A stretch of 36,339 bases of DNA from Candidatus Limadaptatus stercoravium (lineage in GTDB: Bacteria > Bacillota > Clostridia > Christensenellales > CAG-917), in the NCBI GenBank assembly GCA_018710835.1, contig DVJC01000006.1, positions 1 to 36,339 on the forward strand. Reading direction: 5' to 3'. Below, in pieces: positions 26,829 to 36,339 of this stretch. Within the stretch, counting starts at the first letter, position 1. Each line of letters begins with the position of its first letter. Made by a program: the position numbers and the translations under genes. Below the pieces are notes generated by a model. The model was given only the letters and a program-made list of their open reading frames with translations. It was not told the origin of the DNA and made no database searches.

Positions 26829-28337
26829 ATGGCAAAGTATTTCGAGGAACCGTCAAGAACATTCAGCGAATATCTTCTCATTCCCGGCTACACGGATGAG
26901 AACTGCATCCCCGCGAACGTGAGTCTGCGTACGCCGCTCGTCAAGCACGCGCGCGGCGAGGAGCCGGCGATCTCGCTCAACATCCCGCTCGTGTCCGCCA
27001 TAATGCAGTCGGTGAGCAACGACACTCTTGCCATCGCGCTTGCGCGCGAAGGCGGTATGTCTTTCATCTACGGCTCGCAGAGCGTGGAGGACGAGGCGGA
27101 AATGGTGCGCCGCGTCAAGAATTACAAAGCGGGGTTCGTGGTGTCGGACTCCAATCTCACTCCCGACAACACGCTCGCCGACGTGCTCGAACTAGTGCGC
27201 CGCAACGGGCACAACACCATCGCGGTCACGCACGACGGCAGCAGCTTCGGAAAGCTGCTCGGCATCGTCACCAGCCGCGATTACCGCGTCAGCCGCATGC
27301 CTCTCGAAACGCCGGTGAAAGACTTCATGACTCCGCTCGATAAGCTCGTCACCGCGCCCGCGTCCACGGGACTTGCGGAGGCGAACGACATCATATGGGA
27401 GCACAAGCTCAATTCCATCCCCATCGTGTCCGACGAAGGCAATCTGATGTATATGGTGTTCAGGAAGGATTACGCCCAGCACAAGGAGAATCCGCTCGAA
27501 TTGCTGGACTCCCACAAACGCTATATGGTAGGCGCCGGCATCAACACTCTCGATTACGAAAAGCGCGTTCCCGCGCTCATCGACGCCGGCGTGGACGTAC
27601 TGTGCATAGACTCTTCGGAGGGCTACACCGTATGGCAGAAGAGGACGCTGGAATTTATCCGCAAAAACTACGGCGACAGCGTGAAGGTCGGCGCGGGCAA
27701 TGTAGTCGACCGCGACGGGTTCCTCTTCCTCGCGGAGTGCGGAGCGGATTTCGTCAAAGTCGGCATAGGCGGCGGATCCATATGTATTACGCGTGAACAA
27801 AAGGGCATAGGCCGCGGACAGGCGAGCGCGCTCATCGAAGTCGCCGAGGCGAGGAACGAGTATTACGAAAAGACGGGCATATACATCCCCATATGCTCGG
27901 ACGGCGGCATAGTGCACGACTACCACATGACTCTCGCGCTCGCAATGGGAGCGGATTTCCTCATGCTCGGCAGATATTTCGCGCGTTTCGACGAGAGCCC
28001 GACGGCAAAGCTCAACATCAACGGCAACTACGTCAAGGAATACTGGGGCGAGGGCAGCAACCGTGCGCGCAACTGGCAGCGTTACGACCTCGGCGGCAAG
28101 TCCGGGCTATCCTTCGAGGAGGGCGTGGACAGTTACGTCCCCTACGCCGGCAGTCTTAAAGATAACGTGGAAAAGAGCCTTTACAAGGTGCGTTCCACAA
28201 TGTGCAACTGCGGCGCGGTCACTATCAAGCAGCTGCAGCAGACCGCCAAGATGACCGTCGTTTCCGCCACCAGCATCACTGAGGGCGGCGCGCACGACGT
28301 CATTCAGAAGAACACCGGCTATTCCGGCAACAGATAA
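26829..28337 (+). CDS. guaB: IMP dehydrogenase with CBS subdomain
   Basis: [27 protein letters not shown] (catalytic Cys), SDGG, EEGVDS. Confidence 0.95.
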   Translation: MAKYFEEPSRTFSEYLLIPGYTDENCIPANVSLRTPLVKHARGEEPAISLNIPLVSAIMQSVSNDTLAIALAREGGMSFIYGSQSVEDEAEMVRRVKNYKAGFVVSDSNLTPDNTLADVLELVRRNGHNTIAVTHDGSSFGKLLGIVTSRDYRVSRMPLETPVKDFMTPLDKLVTAPASTGLAEANDIIWEHKLNSIPIVSDEGNLMYMVFRKDYAQHKENPLELLDSHKRYMVGAGINTLDYEKRVPALIDAGVDVLCIDSSEGYTVWQKRTLEFIRKNYGDSVKVGAGNVVDRDGFLFLAECGADFVKVGIGGGSICITREQKGIGRGQASALIEVAEARNEYYEKTGIYIPICSDGGIVHDYHMTLALAMGADFLMLGRYFARFDESPTAKLNINGNYVKEYWGEGSNRARNWQRYDLGGKSGLSFEEGVDSYVPYAGSLKDNVEKSLYKVRSTMCNCGAVTIKQLQQTAKMTVVSATSITEGGAHDVIQKNTGYSGNR

Positions 28338-28346
28338 GGAGAGAGT

Positions 28347-29201
28347 ATGCAGATAATAGACGGAAAACTCGTTGCAAAACTTACTCGTGAGAACATCGCG
28401 CGGCAGGTGCAGGCTCTGCCGCAGGACAAACTCGGAAAGATAGGGCTTGCGGTCATACTCGTGGGCGACGATCCGGCGAGCAAGGTGTATGTGCGCAACA
28501 AGATCAACGGCTGCGCCGAAGTGGGTATCGCGTCCACCCTCGAAGCAATGTCCGCGGATTCGACCTTCGAGGAAGTGGCGGCGAAGATAGAGCAGTTCAA
28601 CGCCGACCCGGAGATCAGCGGCATACTCCTGCAGCTTCCCGTGCCGAAGCACCTCGACGAGGCGGCGCTCCTGCACCTCATCGATCCGTCAAAGGACGTG
28701 GACGGCTGCCATTACGTCCAGAAAGGCAAGCTGTGGACGGGCGAGCCGGAGCTTATCCCCTGCACGCCTTACGGTGTGATGAAACTGCTCGACCACTATT
28801 CCATTCCCCTCGAGGGGAAGAACGCCGTGGTGGTGGGACGCTCGAATCTTGTCGGCAAACCGCTTGCGCAGCTGCTGCTCGACCGCAATGCGACCGTCAC
28901 CGTCTGCCACAGCCGCACGAGGGACCTCGGCAGTATAACCTCGCGCGCGGACATCGTGTGCGTGGCGATAGGGAAGGCGAAGTTCCTCAAAGCCGATATG
29001 GTGAAAGAGGGAGCGGTGGTCATTGACGTCGGCATGGACCGCGACGAAAACGGCAAACTCTGCGGCGATGTGGACTTCGCCGAAGTCGCCCCCAAGTGCT
29101 CTTACATCACCCCCGTCCCCGGCGGAGTCGGACCGATGACAGTCACCATGCTCCTGCAAAACACAGTCACGGCATACAAACTCTCCCGCGGCATCGAGTA
29201 A
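28347..29201 (+). CDS. folD: Methylene-THF dehydrogenase/cyclohydrolase
   Basis: IIDGK, YVRNK, KDVDG, PCTP, GRSNLVGKP, ITPVPGGVGPMT. Confidence 0.97.
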   Translation: MQIIDGKLVAKLTRENIARQVQALPQDKLGKIGLAVILVGDDPASKVYVRNKINGCAEVGIASTLEAMSADSTFEEVAAKIEQFNADPEISGILLQLPVPKHLDEAALLHLIDPSKDVDGCHYVQKGKLWTGEPELIPCTPYGVMKLLDHYSIPLEGKNAVVVGRSNLVGKPLAQLLLDRNATVTVCHSRTRDLGSITSRADIVCVAIGKAKFLKADMVKEGAVVIDVGMDRDENGKLCGDVDFAEVAPKCSYITPVPGGVGPMTVTMLLQNTVTAYKLSRGIE

Positions 29202-29226
29202 AAACCCCACCACACAGAAACGGCAT

Positions 29227-29280
29227 TCGGACGGTCACCGACAAAGCAAAACCGCGGCATATGCCGCGGTTGTTTTATTT
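29227..29280. terminator. Palindromic bidirectional terminator, copy 2 of the dispersed 45-bp element
   Basis: 22-bp palindrome aaccgcggcatatgccgcggtt (29250-29271); 44/45 identical to 9482-9526. Confidence 0.85.
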
Positions 29281-29336
29281 ATCGAATAGCGGTTAGGTCG
29301 TGTCGGAGCAGGCGGTTTTTGCGGAATGCCAGGCGG

Positions 29337-30293
29337 TCAGTAGCCTTTTCGGCAGTCAACGATGTTGTCGGGGAGAGCTCCGTTGAGGTATCGCAAGACG
29401 TTGTTCAGCGTATCTTCTACATATCTTGCGTGTCCGTCGGCTACCTGCATTGCTTTGTGGGATGAGAGCAGAACGTTGTCAAGCGTCTGGAACGGGACGT
29501 CAAACGGAAGAAGAAGTTCGTCCGCAGATGCCGGCTTTTCGCGCCATGTATCTATGGCGGCTCCTCCCATGCCGCCGTTGGCGAGGGCTTCGAAGAGAGC
29601 CGCTTCGTCTATGCAGTTGCTGCGTCCCACATTGACGATGTATTTACCTTTGAGCAGTCCGAAAAGTTCTTTGCCGAACAAGTTGTCGGTGGACGGAGTT
29701 TTGGGCAGAGAAACGAAGAGTATGTCGCTTGCTTCACATAATTCACGCAAGGAATTCACAAGCAGGATGTCGTCGGGATATTCCTTTCCGCGATCCGTCG
29801 TATAGCATTTGATCCCGTTTGCGGCAAGCAGAGAATAGATTTCTCTGCCTATATGTCCGAACCCTGCCAGTCCTGCTTTCATCGAAAACAGGCTGCGCCA
29901 GTAAGGATTGTCCGTTGCCCAGTTGCCGAGGCGCATCTTACGGTCGAATTCCGCCGTTCGGCTGACAAGAGTGACCGCCAGGCTGAAAGCGTACTGAGCT
30001 ATACTGCGTGAATTGACATGTGAATTCGCAAGAATTATGCCGCGCTTTGCAAATTCCCGTACGGGAAAATCGTCCACACCGGTTTTGTAGGCAAACACCG
30101 CCTTGAGGTCATCGGCGTCTTTGAGTTTATCTGCCGACATTTTTTTCCCGATGAATATATCAGTGTCGCGGAGAGAGTAGCCGTCAAGTCCGACGACCGC
30201 CACTTCGGCAAAGCCGGAGAGCGCGGCGGCCATTTTTGCGAAAGACTCATCCATTGACGATATGCTCAGACAAATACGGTATTTTTTTGTCAC
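29337..30293 (-). CDS. D-isomer-specific 2-hydroxyacid dehydrogenase
   Basis: TGVD, GFGHIG, SLPKT, VNVGR, AAIDTW, LLSSH; GTG start overlaps the upstream stop (GTGA). Confidence 0.88.
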   Translation of the reverse strand: MTKKYRICLSISSMDESFAKMAAALSGFAEVAVVGLDGYSLRDTDIFIGKKMSADKLKDADDLKAVFAYKTGVDDFPVREFAKRGIILANSHVNSRSIAQYAFSLAVTLVSRTAEFDRKMRLGNWATDNPYWRSLFSMKAGLAGFGHIGREIYSLLAANGIKCYTTDRGKEYPDDILLVNSLRELCEASDILFVSLPKTPSTDNLFGKELFGLLKGKYIVNVGRSNCIDEAALFEALANGGMGGAAIDTWREKPASADELLLPFDVPFQTLDNVLLSSHKAMQVADGHARYVEDTLNNVLRYLNGALPDNIVDCRKGY

Positions 30294-31249
30294 TGAATGT
30301 CCTCCGTCTTGTTCATAAAACTTATTATATCATTTTCGCTCGCTTTAAGCACATCGCCTTTCACCTGATGTTTCAACGCAAATGCCGCCGCGGCGAAACG
30401 CAGGATGTCGATATCGTTCATTCCGCACAGCAGCGCATGCAGGAACGCCCCGTTGAATGCGTCGCCTCCGCCGATTTTTTCCGTTACCGGGAAAGAGAAA
30501 ACGGGCAGTTCGCTGCGCCTTTCGCCGCGATGCAGCATGGCTATTCCGACTGAGTGTAAATACGGTGAGACGACATTTCTGTCGCGCAGCACAAGGTATT
30601 TGCACGGATAGTCATCCAATGCGTTTTCTTCACCGGTTTGCAAGAACGCATCCAGATCCCGGCTGCTTGCGAGCAAAATATCCGCAATTTCGGCAGCGCG
30701 GCGGAGATGAGCGCGCGCGTTGTCTGCAGTCCACAATGCAGGACGGTAGTTGAAATCGAACGAAACCGTGATGTTTCTCTTTTTTGCTTCGTGCATAAGT
30801 CTGAACGCAAGATCGCGCGAAGAGGGAGAGAGAGCGAGAGATATTCCGCTGATATGGAAAAGGACGGCGTCGTCGAAGACTTTTTCGAAATCGAACGAGT
30901 CCTCCGTAAGAAGCGTGAATTGCGAGTGGCGGCGCGCATAGACCACGTTTGCGCCGCGGCTTGCGGAGCCTGATTCGGAAAAATACATTCCGATGGTGTC
31001 GCCGCCGGTCAGCACTCCCGATACGTCTATACCGAGTCCGGTCAGATGATCGAGTGCGGCTTCTCCCAAAGGTCCTTCGGGCAGAGCGGAGAGGAAAGAA
31101 GTCCTGTGCCCCAATGCCGAAAGGCATGCGAGCACGTTTGATTCCGTGCCGCCGTAGCACGCGTTGAATGAGCGGCTGTCCCGTATCGTGCCGTCAGCCG
31201 CGGAAAGCCGCAGGAGCAATTCGCCGTAAGCAACGATTTTGCCGTTCAT
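30290..31249 (-). CDS. PfkB-family sugar(-acid) kinase, KdgK-like
   Basis: GELLLRLS, GGTESNV, HISGI, SFDFNYRPALW, IGGGDAF; ATGA overlap with the upstream gene. Confidence 0.88.
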   Translation of the reverse strand: MNGKIVAYGELLLRLSAADGTIRDSRSFNACYGGTESNVLACLSALGHRTSFLSALPEGPLGEAALDHLTGLGIDVSGVLTGGDTIGMYFSESGSASRGANVVYARRHSQFTLLTEDSFDFEKVFDDAVLFHISGISLALSPSSRDLAFRLMHEAKKRNITVSFDFNYRPALWTADNARAHLRRAAEIADILLASSRDLDAFLQTGEENALDDYPCKYLVLRDRNVVSPYLHSVGIAMLHRGERRSELPVFSFPVTEKIGGGDAFNGAFLHALLCGMNDIDILRFAAAAFALKHQVKGDVLKASENDIISFMNKTEDIQ

Positions 31250-32787
31250 ACAGTAGCCTCCGTCGCTTCGGACATTTTGAGTTCCTTTTCAATCCGTTCA
31301 CTGCACAGGTCGGCATAATAAAGGCATGCCAGCAGAGCTTCGCCGCATTCTTTTTCGAAAGGCATACCCAACGCGCGCCTCACTCTGTATGCCGTGCCGT
31401 CGAAGTGCTGTCTCAGGCGCGTTACGCGGGGAGCGAACCTGCGTCGTACATAAATGATCCTGCGCGGATCGAGTTTCAGTTCGTATCCGAAGTTTATAGC
31501 GATATCGTCCAGTGGCACGAGATAAAGATCGCTGTCAAGTTTTGCGCCAAAGATCGCAGGCAAGTCGTCCTTTTCGGCTTTCTTTGCCGCGTCAGCCGCT
31601 TTTTCCTGCAGTTTGTCTTTAAGTTCCGCGGCGGTCATGTCGGCGATCACATAGAAATACATGTTCGGCTTGCCGCCCTCTATAAGGTCGCGCGCGAGTC
31701 CCAAAAAATTGTTCTCTACGGAAAAAGGCTTCAGGCAGCTTGCTTCGATGCCGTAGTTTTTGGAGAGCGTATCCAGTATGATTTCCTGCAGTGCGGCGGC
31801 GGTCCCGCTTGCTCCGGGAGTTTTGCATGAAGAAAAAGCCTTTTCTTTGAGAGCGAGCGATATCGGCTGCGCAAATTTATCCTTCCACGTGGTTTTTCTT
31901 TTGCCGCGCTTTTCTATTAGTACATATCCGTCCGTTGTGAATACCAGTCCGTTTATACCCAGTTGGTTGCCGAGTCTGGATTCCGGCAGAGGAGAGACTT
32001 TGTCTTTGAATTCGTAAATGTCGCGTATTGTGATGTTGCCGTCGAGTTTGTAATCCATACAGCGGTTGGTGACCAGCATATAAAAGTATTGCGACCGCTG
32101 CGTTTTGAGCGTAAGACTTTTTCCGTCGGATTCGACGTCCTGCAGTCTGACAGTGACGGTATTGCGTATGGATGAACCGCCGTGAGCTTTGAGAAGCTCC
32201 GTTGCATGTTCGCGGATGAAGGAGGGGAGTTCGGACATTTCTTTCGAATCGGCAAAGACCATACTTGTGTCGCCGTTTACGTTTGCATACACATTCAGCC
32301 CGGAGAGAAAGAGTCTGCCGTCCATGTATTCGTTGATGTCATTTTCGCGCCGCGCATATTCTTCCGAGTAAGTGTCGGCGACCATATTCCGGGGCCTCTT
32401 GCGATCATGAGGCACTCGTTTCAGCTGCATGAATATGCCGTCGGGCGAAAACACGTTGCCGTTTGTTTCCTTGGTCGGATCCGGAACGGTATGCTTATAA
32501 TATTTTGATATTATTTTATGATGGTCGTCTTCCAGTTTCAGCGACTCTTCCATCGTGTGCTTTATTTTCAATGCGATTTTTGCCACAATGAGGGAGAAAG
32601 CCGCGGCAAGGAAGATCGACAGCATATCTGTCCCGGTAATAAACTCCAGGATTTTGTTTTTGGCGTTTTCTCCGGAAGCGAACGCGCCGCCTAGTGCAAG
32701 CACCGCAAGAGCGAAAAGTATGAGTGCGATCAGCTGCACCCAAAAGTTTTTGAAGATTTTTTCGCAGATCTTAAAGAACTTTTTCAT
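31246..32787 (-). CDS. Two-TM protein with NUDT22-like Nudix-fold domain and degenerate Nudix box
   Basis: Two N-terminal hydrophobic helices; VRL..LTL..SQYF..LVTN, LGINGLVFTTDGYVLIEKR, FLGLARDLIEGGKP.MYF segments; ATG 32787 preferred over GTG 32796 by RBS spacing. Confidence 0.6.
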   Translation of the reverse strand: MKKFFKICEKIFKNFWVQLIALILFALAVLALGGAFASGENAKNKILEFITGTDMLSIFLAAAFSLIVAKIALKIKHTMEESLKLEDDHHKIISKYYKHTVPDPTKETNGNVFSPDGIFMQLKRVPHDRKRPRNMVADTYSEEYARRENDINEYMDGRLFLSGLNVYANVNGDTSMVFADSKEMSELPSFIREHATELLKAHGGSSIRNTVTVRLQDVESDGKSLTLKTQRSQYFYMLVTNRCMDYKLDGNITIRDIYEFKDKVSPLPESRLGNQLGINGLVFTTDGYVLIEKRGKRKTTWKDKFAQPISLALKEKAFSSCKTPGASGTAAALQEIILDTLSKNYGIEASCLKPFSVENNFLGLARDLIEGGKPNMYFYVIADMTAAELKDKLQEKAADAAKKAEKDDLPAIFGAKLDSDLYLVPLDDIAINFGYELKLDPRRIIYVRRRFAPRVTRLRQHFDGTAYRVRRALGMPFEKECGEALLACLYYADLCSERIEKELKMSEATEATV

Positions 32788-32818
32788 TTTCCCCACCTGT
32801 AGAAGATATTACTCAAAT

Positions 32819-32848
32819 AATATATCACAAAATATCGCATGCGGTCAA
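32819..32848 (-). promoter_or_regulatory. Candidate promoter of the three-gene operon
   Basis: TTGACC-18 nt-TATATT with TG extension. Confidence 0.5.
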
Positions 32849-32902
32849 CAGCGGCGGACTTCGGCGGCTATGCGCGGCGGATCCGCTTCGGATGGCGGAT
32901 TG

Positions 32903-32931
32903 TCATATTCGGCGGAAGGGGGGCATATGTT
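32903..32931 (+). promoter_or_regulatory. Sigma-E (mother-cell) promoter of spoIVA
   Basis: TCATATT-14 nt-CATATGTT fits the sigma-E consensus; spoIVA is a known sigma-E regulon gene. Confidence 0.75.
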
Positions 32932-32956
32932 TCAGTAAACCGAAACGGAGGAGTTT

Positions 32957-34435
32957 ATGGACAAATTCGACCTTTATCGAGACATTGCCACACGCACGGG
33001 AGGGGACGTTTACGTCGGCGTCGTCGGACCGGTCAGGACGGGCAAATCCACCATCATCAAGCAGTTTATGGAGAAGCTGGTGGTCGGCGGCATCGAAAAC
33101 AAAGACGTGCGCGCACGCGCCGTCGACGAGATACCGCAGTCCGCCGACGGAAAAACCATCATGACGACTCAGCCCAAGTTCGTGCCGGCGGATGCGGTGA
33201 GGGTGGTTTTTCAGGACAATCTTGCCGTCAACATGAGGCTCATCGACTGCGTGGGCTACATGGTGAGCGGAGCTCTCGGCGGCGAGGAGGACGGCAGAGA
33301 ACGCATGGTGCGCACTCCGTGGTCCGACGAAGAGATGCCCTTTTCCGAGGCGGCGGCGCTCGGCACGGACAAAGTCATCCGTGAGCACAGCACGGTTGCG
33401 CTCGCCGTCACCACGGACGGCTCGTTCACGGACATCCCGCGCGAGGCGTACGAACCTGCCGAGGAGCGCGTCATCGAGGAACTGAAGCGTACAGGGAAGC
33501 CTTTTGCCATAGTGCTCAACACCGCGGATCCGGCGTCCGAGCAGGCGTACGCGCTTAAATGCGCGTTGGAAGAAAAGTACGGCGTGTCCGTATCTCTCGT
33601 CAATGCGCTGAACATGAGCGAGAGCGACATATCCGGTATAATGGAAAACATATTGCTCGAATTCGGGGTGAGGCTCATCGACTTCGATCTGCCCCGCTGG
33701 GTGCAGGCGCTTGCTCCCGATGACGACGTGGTGAAGGAGATCGTGTCCGCCGTGCGCGAGATGGGCGAGAATGTGTCGAAGATGAAAGATTACACCCTGG
33801 TGGACGAGTATTTCGCGGACAAGGAGTTCTGGAAAACGCCGGACAAGGTGGAGCTTGACGCCGGCAAGGGCAGGGTGTATGTCGCCGTTGCGCCGAAGGA
33901 CGACGTGTTCTTCAAAGTGGCGAGCCGCGAATGCGGTCTGGAACTTGCTGACGACTTCGCCTTGCTTTCCCACCTCAAACAGCTCGCCCGTGCGCGCCGA
34001 AGGACGGAAAAGCTCATCGACGCGATCGACCAGGTGGAAGCCACGGGCTACGGCATCGTGCTCCCCACCATGGAGGAGATGGTGCTCGAAGAGCCGGAGA
34101 TCATACGTCAGGGACAGCAGTACGGCGTGAAACTCAAAGCGAGCGCGCCTTCGCTGCACATCATGAAAGTGGATGTGGAAACGGAAGTGCGTCCCATCGT
34201 GGGCAGCGAGCAGCAGAGCTCCGAACTCGTGGACGCGATGCTGGGCGATTTCGAGAACGACAAGCAGGCTATATGGGACACCAACATCTTCGGGCGCTCG
34301 CTCTCATCGCTGGTCGCGGACGGCATCAACAACAAGCTGATGAGCGTGCCCGTCGACGCGGAGCAAAAGCTGCGCAAGACTCTCGGCCGCATCGTCAACG
34401 AGGGCAAGGGCGGAGTGATCTGCATACTTCTGTGA
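32957..34435 (+). CDS. spoIVA: Stage IV sporulation protein A
   Basis: DIATRTGGDVYVGVVGPVRTGKST, DCVGY, TTDGS, TGYGIV, IWDTNIFG, C-terminal GGVICILL. Confidence 0.97.
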   Translation: MDKFDLYRDIATRTGGDVYVGVVGPVRTGKSTIIKQFMEKLVVGGIENKDVRARAVDEIPQSADGKTIMTTQPKFVPADAVRVVFQDNLAVNMRLIDCVGYMVSGALGGEEDGRERMVRTPWSDEEMPFSEAAALGTDKVIREHSTVALAVTTDGSFTDIPREAYEPAEERVIEELKRTGKPFAIVLNTADPASEQAYALKCALEEKYGVSVSLVNALNMSESDISGIMENILLEFGVRLIDFDLPRWVQALAPDDDVVKEIVSAVREMGENVSKMKDYTLVDEYFADKEFWKTPDKVELDAGKGRVYVAVAPKDDVFFKVASRECGLELADDFALLSHLKQLARARRRTEKLIDAIDQVEATGYGIVLPTMEEMVLEEPEIIRQGQQYGVKLKASAPSLHIMKVDVETEVRPIVGSEQQSSELVDAMLGDFENDKQAIWDTNIFGRSLSSLVADGINNKLMSVPVDAEQKLRKTLGRIVNEGKGGVICILL

Positions 34436-34528
34436 GCGGTCTGCCGCAATAAGCATAAATCACATAAAAAAGAGTTTATATCACCAAAACGTGATGTAAA
34501 CGCAGCGTTGCGAAAAATCAAAGAAGCC

Positions 34529-34568
34529 GAAAATAAAAGAGAGGCGGAGAGCACAGGCTCTCCGTCTC
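34529..34568 (-). terminator. Intrinsic terminator for the ACT-UPF0210 operon
   Basis: Stem 34541-34552/34557-34568 with 4-nt loop, followed on the minus strand by tcttttattttc. Confidence 0.7.
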
Positions 34569-34670
34569 CCGCCGTTTGCGCAATTTCCGTCTGTCGGCTT
34601 CCGTACTCCGACGGCGCCTGCCGCGTTTAGGCGGCGGAATTTCCGACGGAGAGAGAAAGCGTGTTCGGGA

Positions 34671-36020
34671 TCAGTTCTTGAAGCTGTGTATGGGGGCGGG
34701 GATCCTGCCGCCGCGCGCTATGAACGCGTCCGCGTTTTCCTTGCCCACGGGCATGATGGGAGCGCGTCCGAGCAGACCGCCGAACTCCACTTCGCCTTCC
34801 TCTTTGCCCGCGACGGGGATGACGCGCACCGCCGTGGTCTTGTTGTTGATGACGCCGATCGCCGCTTCGTCCGCTATGATGGCGGACACCGTCGCCGCGC
34901 TCGTGCTGCCGGGGATGGCGATCATGTCCAGACCCACGCTGCACACCGAGGTCATTGCCTCCAGTTTGTCCAGTGAGAGCGCGCCGCTTCTCACCGCTTC
35001 GATCATGCCTATGTCCTCGCTGACGGGGATGAATGCGCCGGAAAGTCCGCCGACGTGCGAGCTTGCCATTGTGCCGCCCTTTTTCACGGCGTCGTTGAGC
35101 ATGGCAAGGCATGCGGTAGTGCCGTGCGCGCCGACGGAGGAGAGCCCCATCTCTTCGAGCACCTCTCCCACGCTGTCGTTGCGTATAGGGGTGGGGGCGA
35201 GGGAGAGATCGACTATGCCGAACTCCGCGCCGAGCGCTTTTGCCGCTTCACGGCCTATCAGTTCGCCCATTCTGGTGATCTTGAAAGAGGTGTTCTTTAT
35301 GGTTTCGGACAGCACGTCGCAGCTCTCTCCGCGAATGTTTTCCAACGCCGCTTTCACCACACCGGGACCGGACACTCCCACGTTCACCACGCAGTCGCCC
35401 TCGCTCACGCCGTTGAACGAGCCCGCCATGAAGGGGTTGTCCTCCACCGCGTTTGCGAACACTACCAGCTTGGCGCATCCTATACCGTCGCGGTCGGCGG
35501 TGAGCTCCGCCGTACGTTTCACCACCTCGCCCATGAGCTTCACCGCGTCCATGTTGATGCCCGCGCGGGTGGAGCCGACGTTCACGCTCGCGCACACGCG
35601 GTCGGTGGCGGCGAGCACTTCGGGGATGGTGAGGATGAACTCTCTTTCCTCTTTGGTCATGGACTTTTGCACCAGGGCGGTGTAGCCCCCGATGAAGTCC
35701 ACGTCCACCGTCTTTGCCGCTTCGTCCATGGCGAGCGCGATCTTGCGGTATCCGCCGCTCGCCGCGCCGATAAGGCTTACCGGACTCACCGACAGACGTT
35801 TGTTGACGATGGGGATGCCGTATTTGGACTGTATCTCTTCCACCACCTCTTTCAGTCTGCCGGCACGGGAGAGCAGTTTGCGCTTCACGTTTTCGGCGGT
35901 CCTGTCCGCGTCGTCGGAGATGCAGTCGAAAAGACTCAGGTGCAGCGTGACGGTGCGGATGTCGAGGTGCTGATCCTTGATCATGGATATTGTTTGTATG
36001 ATTTCCTGTTGGTTGAGCAT
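34671..36020 (-). CDS. UPF0210/DUF711 (PFL-like fold) protein
   Basis: [69 protein letters not shown]. Confidence 0.92.
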   Translation of the reverse strand: MLNQQEIIQTISMIKDQHLDIRTVTLHLSLFDCISDDADRTAENVKRKLLSRAGRLKEVVEEIQSKYGIPIVNKRLSVSPVSLIGAASGGYRKIALAMDEAAKTVDVDFIGGYTALVQKSMTKEEREFILTIPEVLAATDRVCASVNVGSTRAGINMDAVKLMGEVVKRTAELTADRDGIGCAKLVVFANAVEDNPFMAGSFNGVSEGDCVVNVGVSGPGVVKAALENIRGESCDVLSETIKNTSFKITRMGELIGREAAKALGAEFGIVDLSLAPTPIRNDSVGEVLEEMGLSSVGAHGTTACLAMLNDAVKKGGTMASSHVGGLSGAFIPVSEDIGMIEAVRSGALSLDKLEAMTSVCSVGLDMIAIPGSTSAATVSAIIADEAAIGVINNKTTAVRVIPVAGKEEGEVEFGGLLGRAPIMPVGKENADAFIARGGRIPAPIHSFKN

Positions 36021-36032
36021 AGTCCTCTCCGG

Positions 36033-36302
36033 TCAGATCCTGTGCATGGAGTTGAAGATGTCCTCGTGCTGTACGCGTATCTCGACGCCGAGCTCCGCGC
36101 CCACGGCGGCGAGAGCTTCGTTCACTGCGCCGACCGCCAGCCCCTCTTTCAGGGTGATGAGCATGATCATGGTGAAATAAGACCCCTGCATTACGGTCTG
36201 GGAGATGTCCTCGACGTTGCAGCCGAGCTCGTAAAGTCTTGTGGTGACTTTGGCAATTATACCTGTGCGGTCCTTGCCGATGACAGAAACTATGGCTTTC
36301 AT
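36033..36302 (-). CDS. UPF0237 ACT-domain protein
   Basis: MKAIVSVIGKDRTGII, DISQT, FTMIM, HEDIFNSMHRI; usual partner of UPF0210. Confidence 0.92.
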   Translation of the reverse strand: MKAIVSVIGKDRTGIIAKVTTRLYELGCNVEDISQTVMQGSYFTMIMLITLKEGLAVGAVNEALAAVGAELGVEIRVQHEDIFNSMHRI

Positions 36303-36339
36303 AAGCCCTCCGCTTTGGATTTTTCGATTGATTATATCA

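Noticed and set aside
34576-34660. Short ttccg/ccgacgg repeats downstream of UPF0210 as a possible sRNA or repeat
   Set aside because: Matches are short and irregular in GC-rich DNA; no convincing structure or promoter

Overview
Chromosomal window of a GC-rich, endospore-forming Firmicute, most likely a gut Clostridia-class organism (inferred from spoIVA, a clostridial-type fused PurL and DUF512-der). Core genes: serC-serA; rnj, a UgtP-like gene, DUF512 and der; a PLP aminotransferase; purE-purM-purN-purO-like-purH(short)-purD-purL-guaB-folD; spoIVA; and an ACT/UPF0210 pair. There are two accessory blocks. The first (9.2-17.4 kb) holds a 53-bp tandem array, acidic lipoproteins (one GH18, one esterase), an unannotated 46-aa micro-lipoprotein, two peptidase-like hydrolases and an XRE/zinc-ribbon divergon. 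The second (29.3-32.8 kb) is an AT-richer, translationally coupled three-gene operon encoding a 2-TM NUDT22-like pseudo-Nudix protein, a PfkB kinase and a D-2-hydroxyacid dehydrogenase. A near-identical 45-bp palindrome-containing element sits at or near the left edge of both blocks. The best novelty candidates are the pseudo-Nudix operon, a pur leader attenuator with a leaderless uORF and no recognisable riboswitch, the micro-lipoprotein and the 53-bp array. No rRNA, tRNA, CRISPR, integrase or transposase was seen. All family calls come from recognising motifs by eye; no database search was run.
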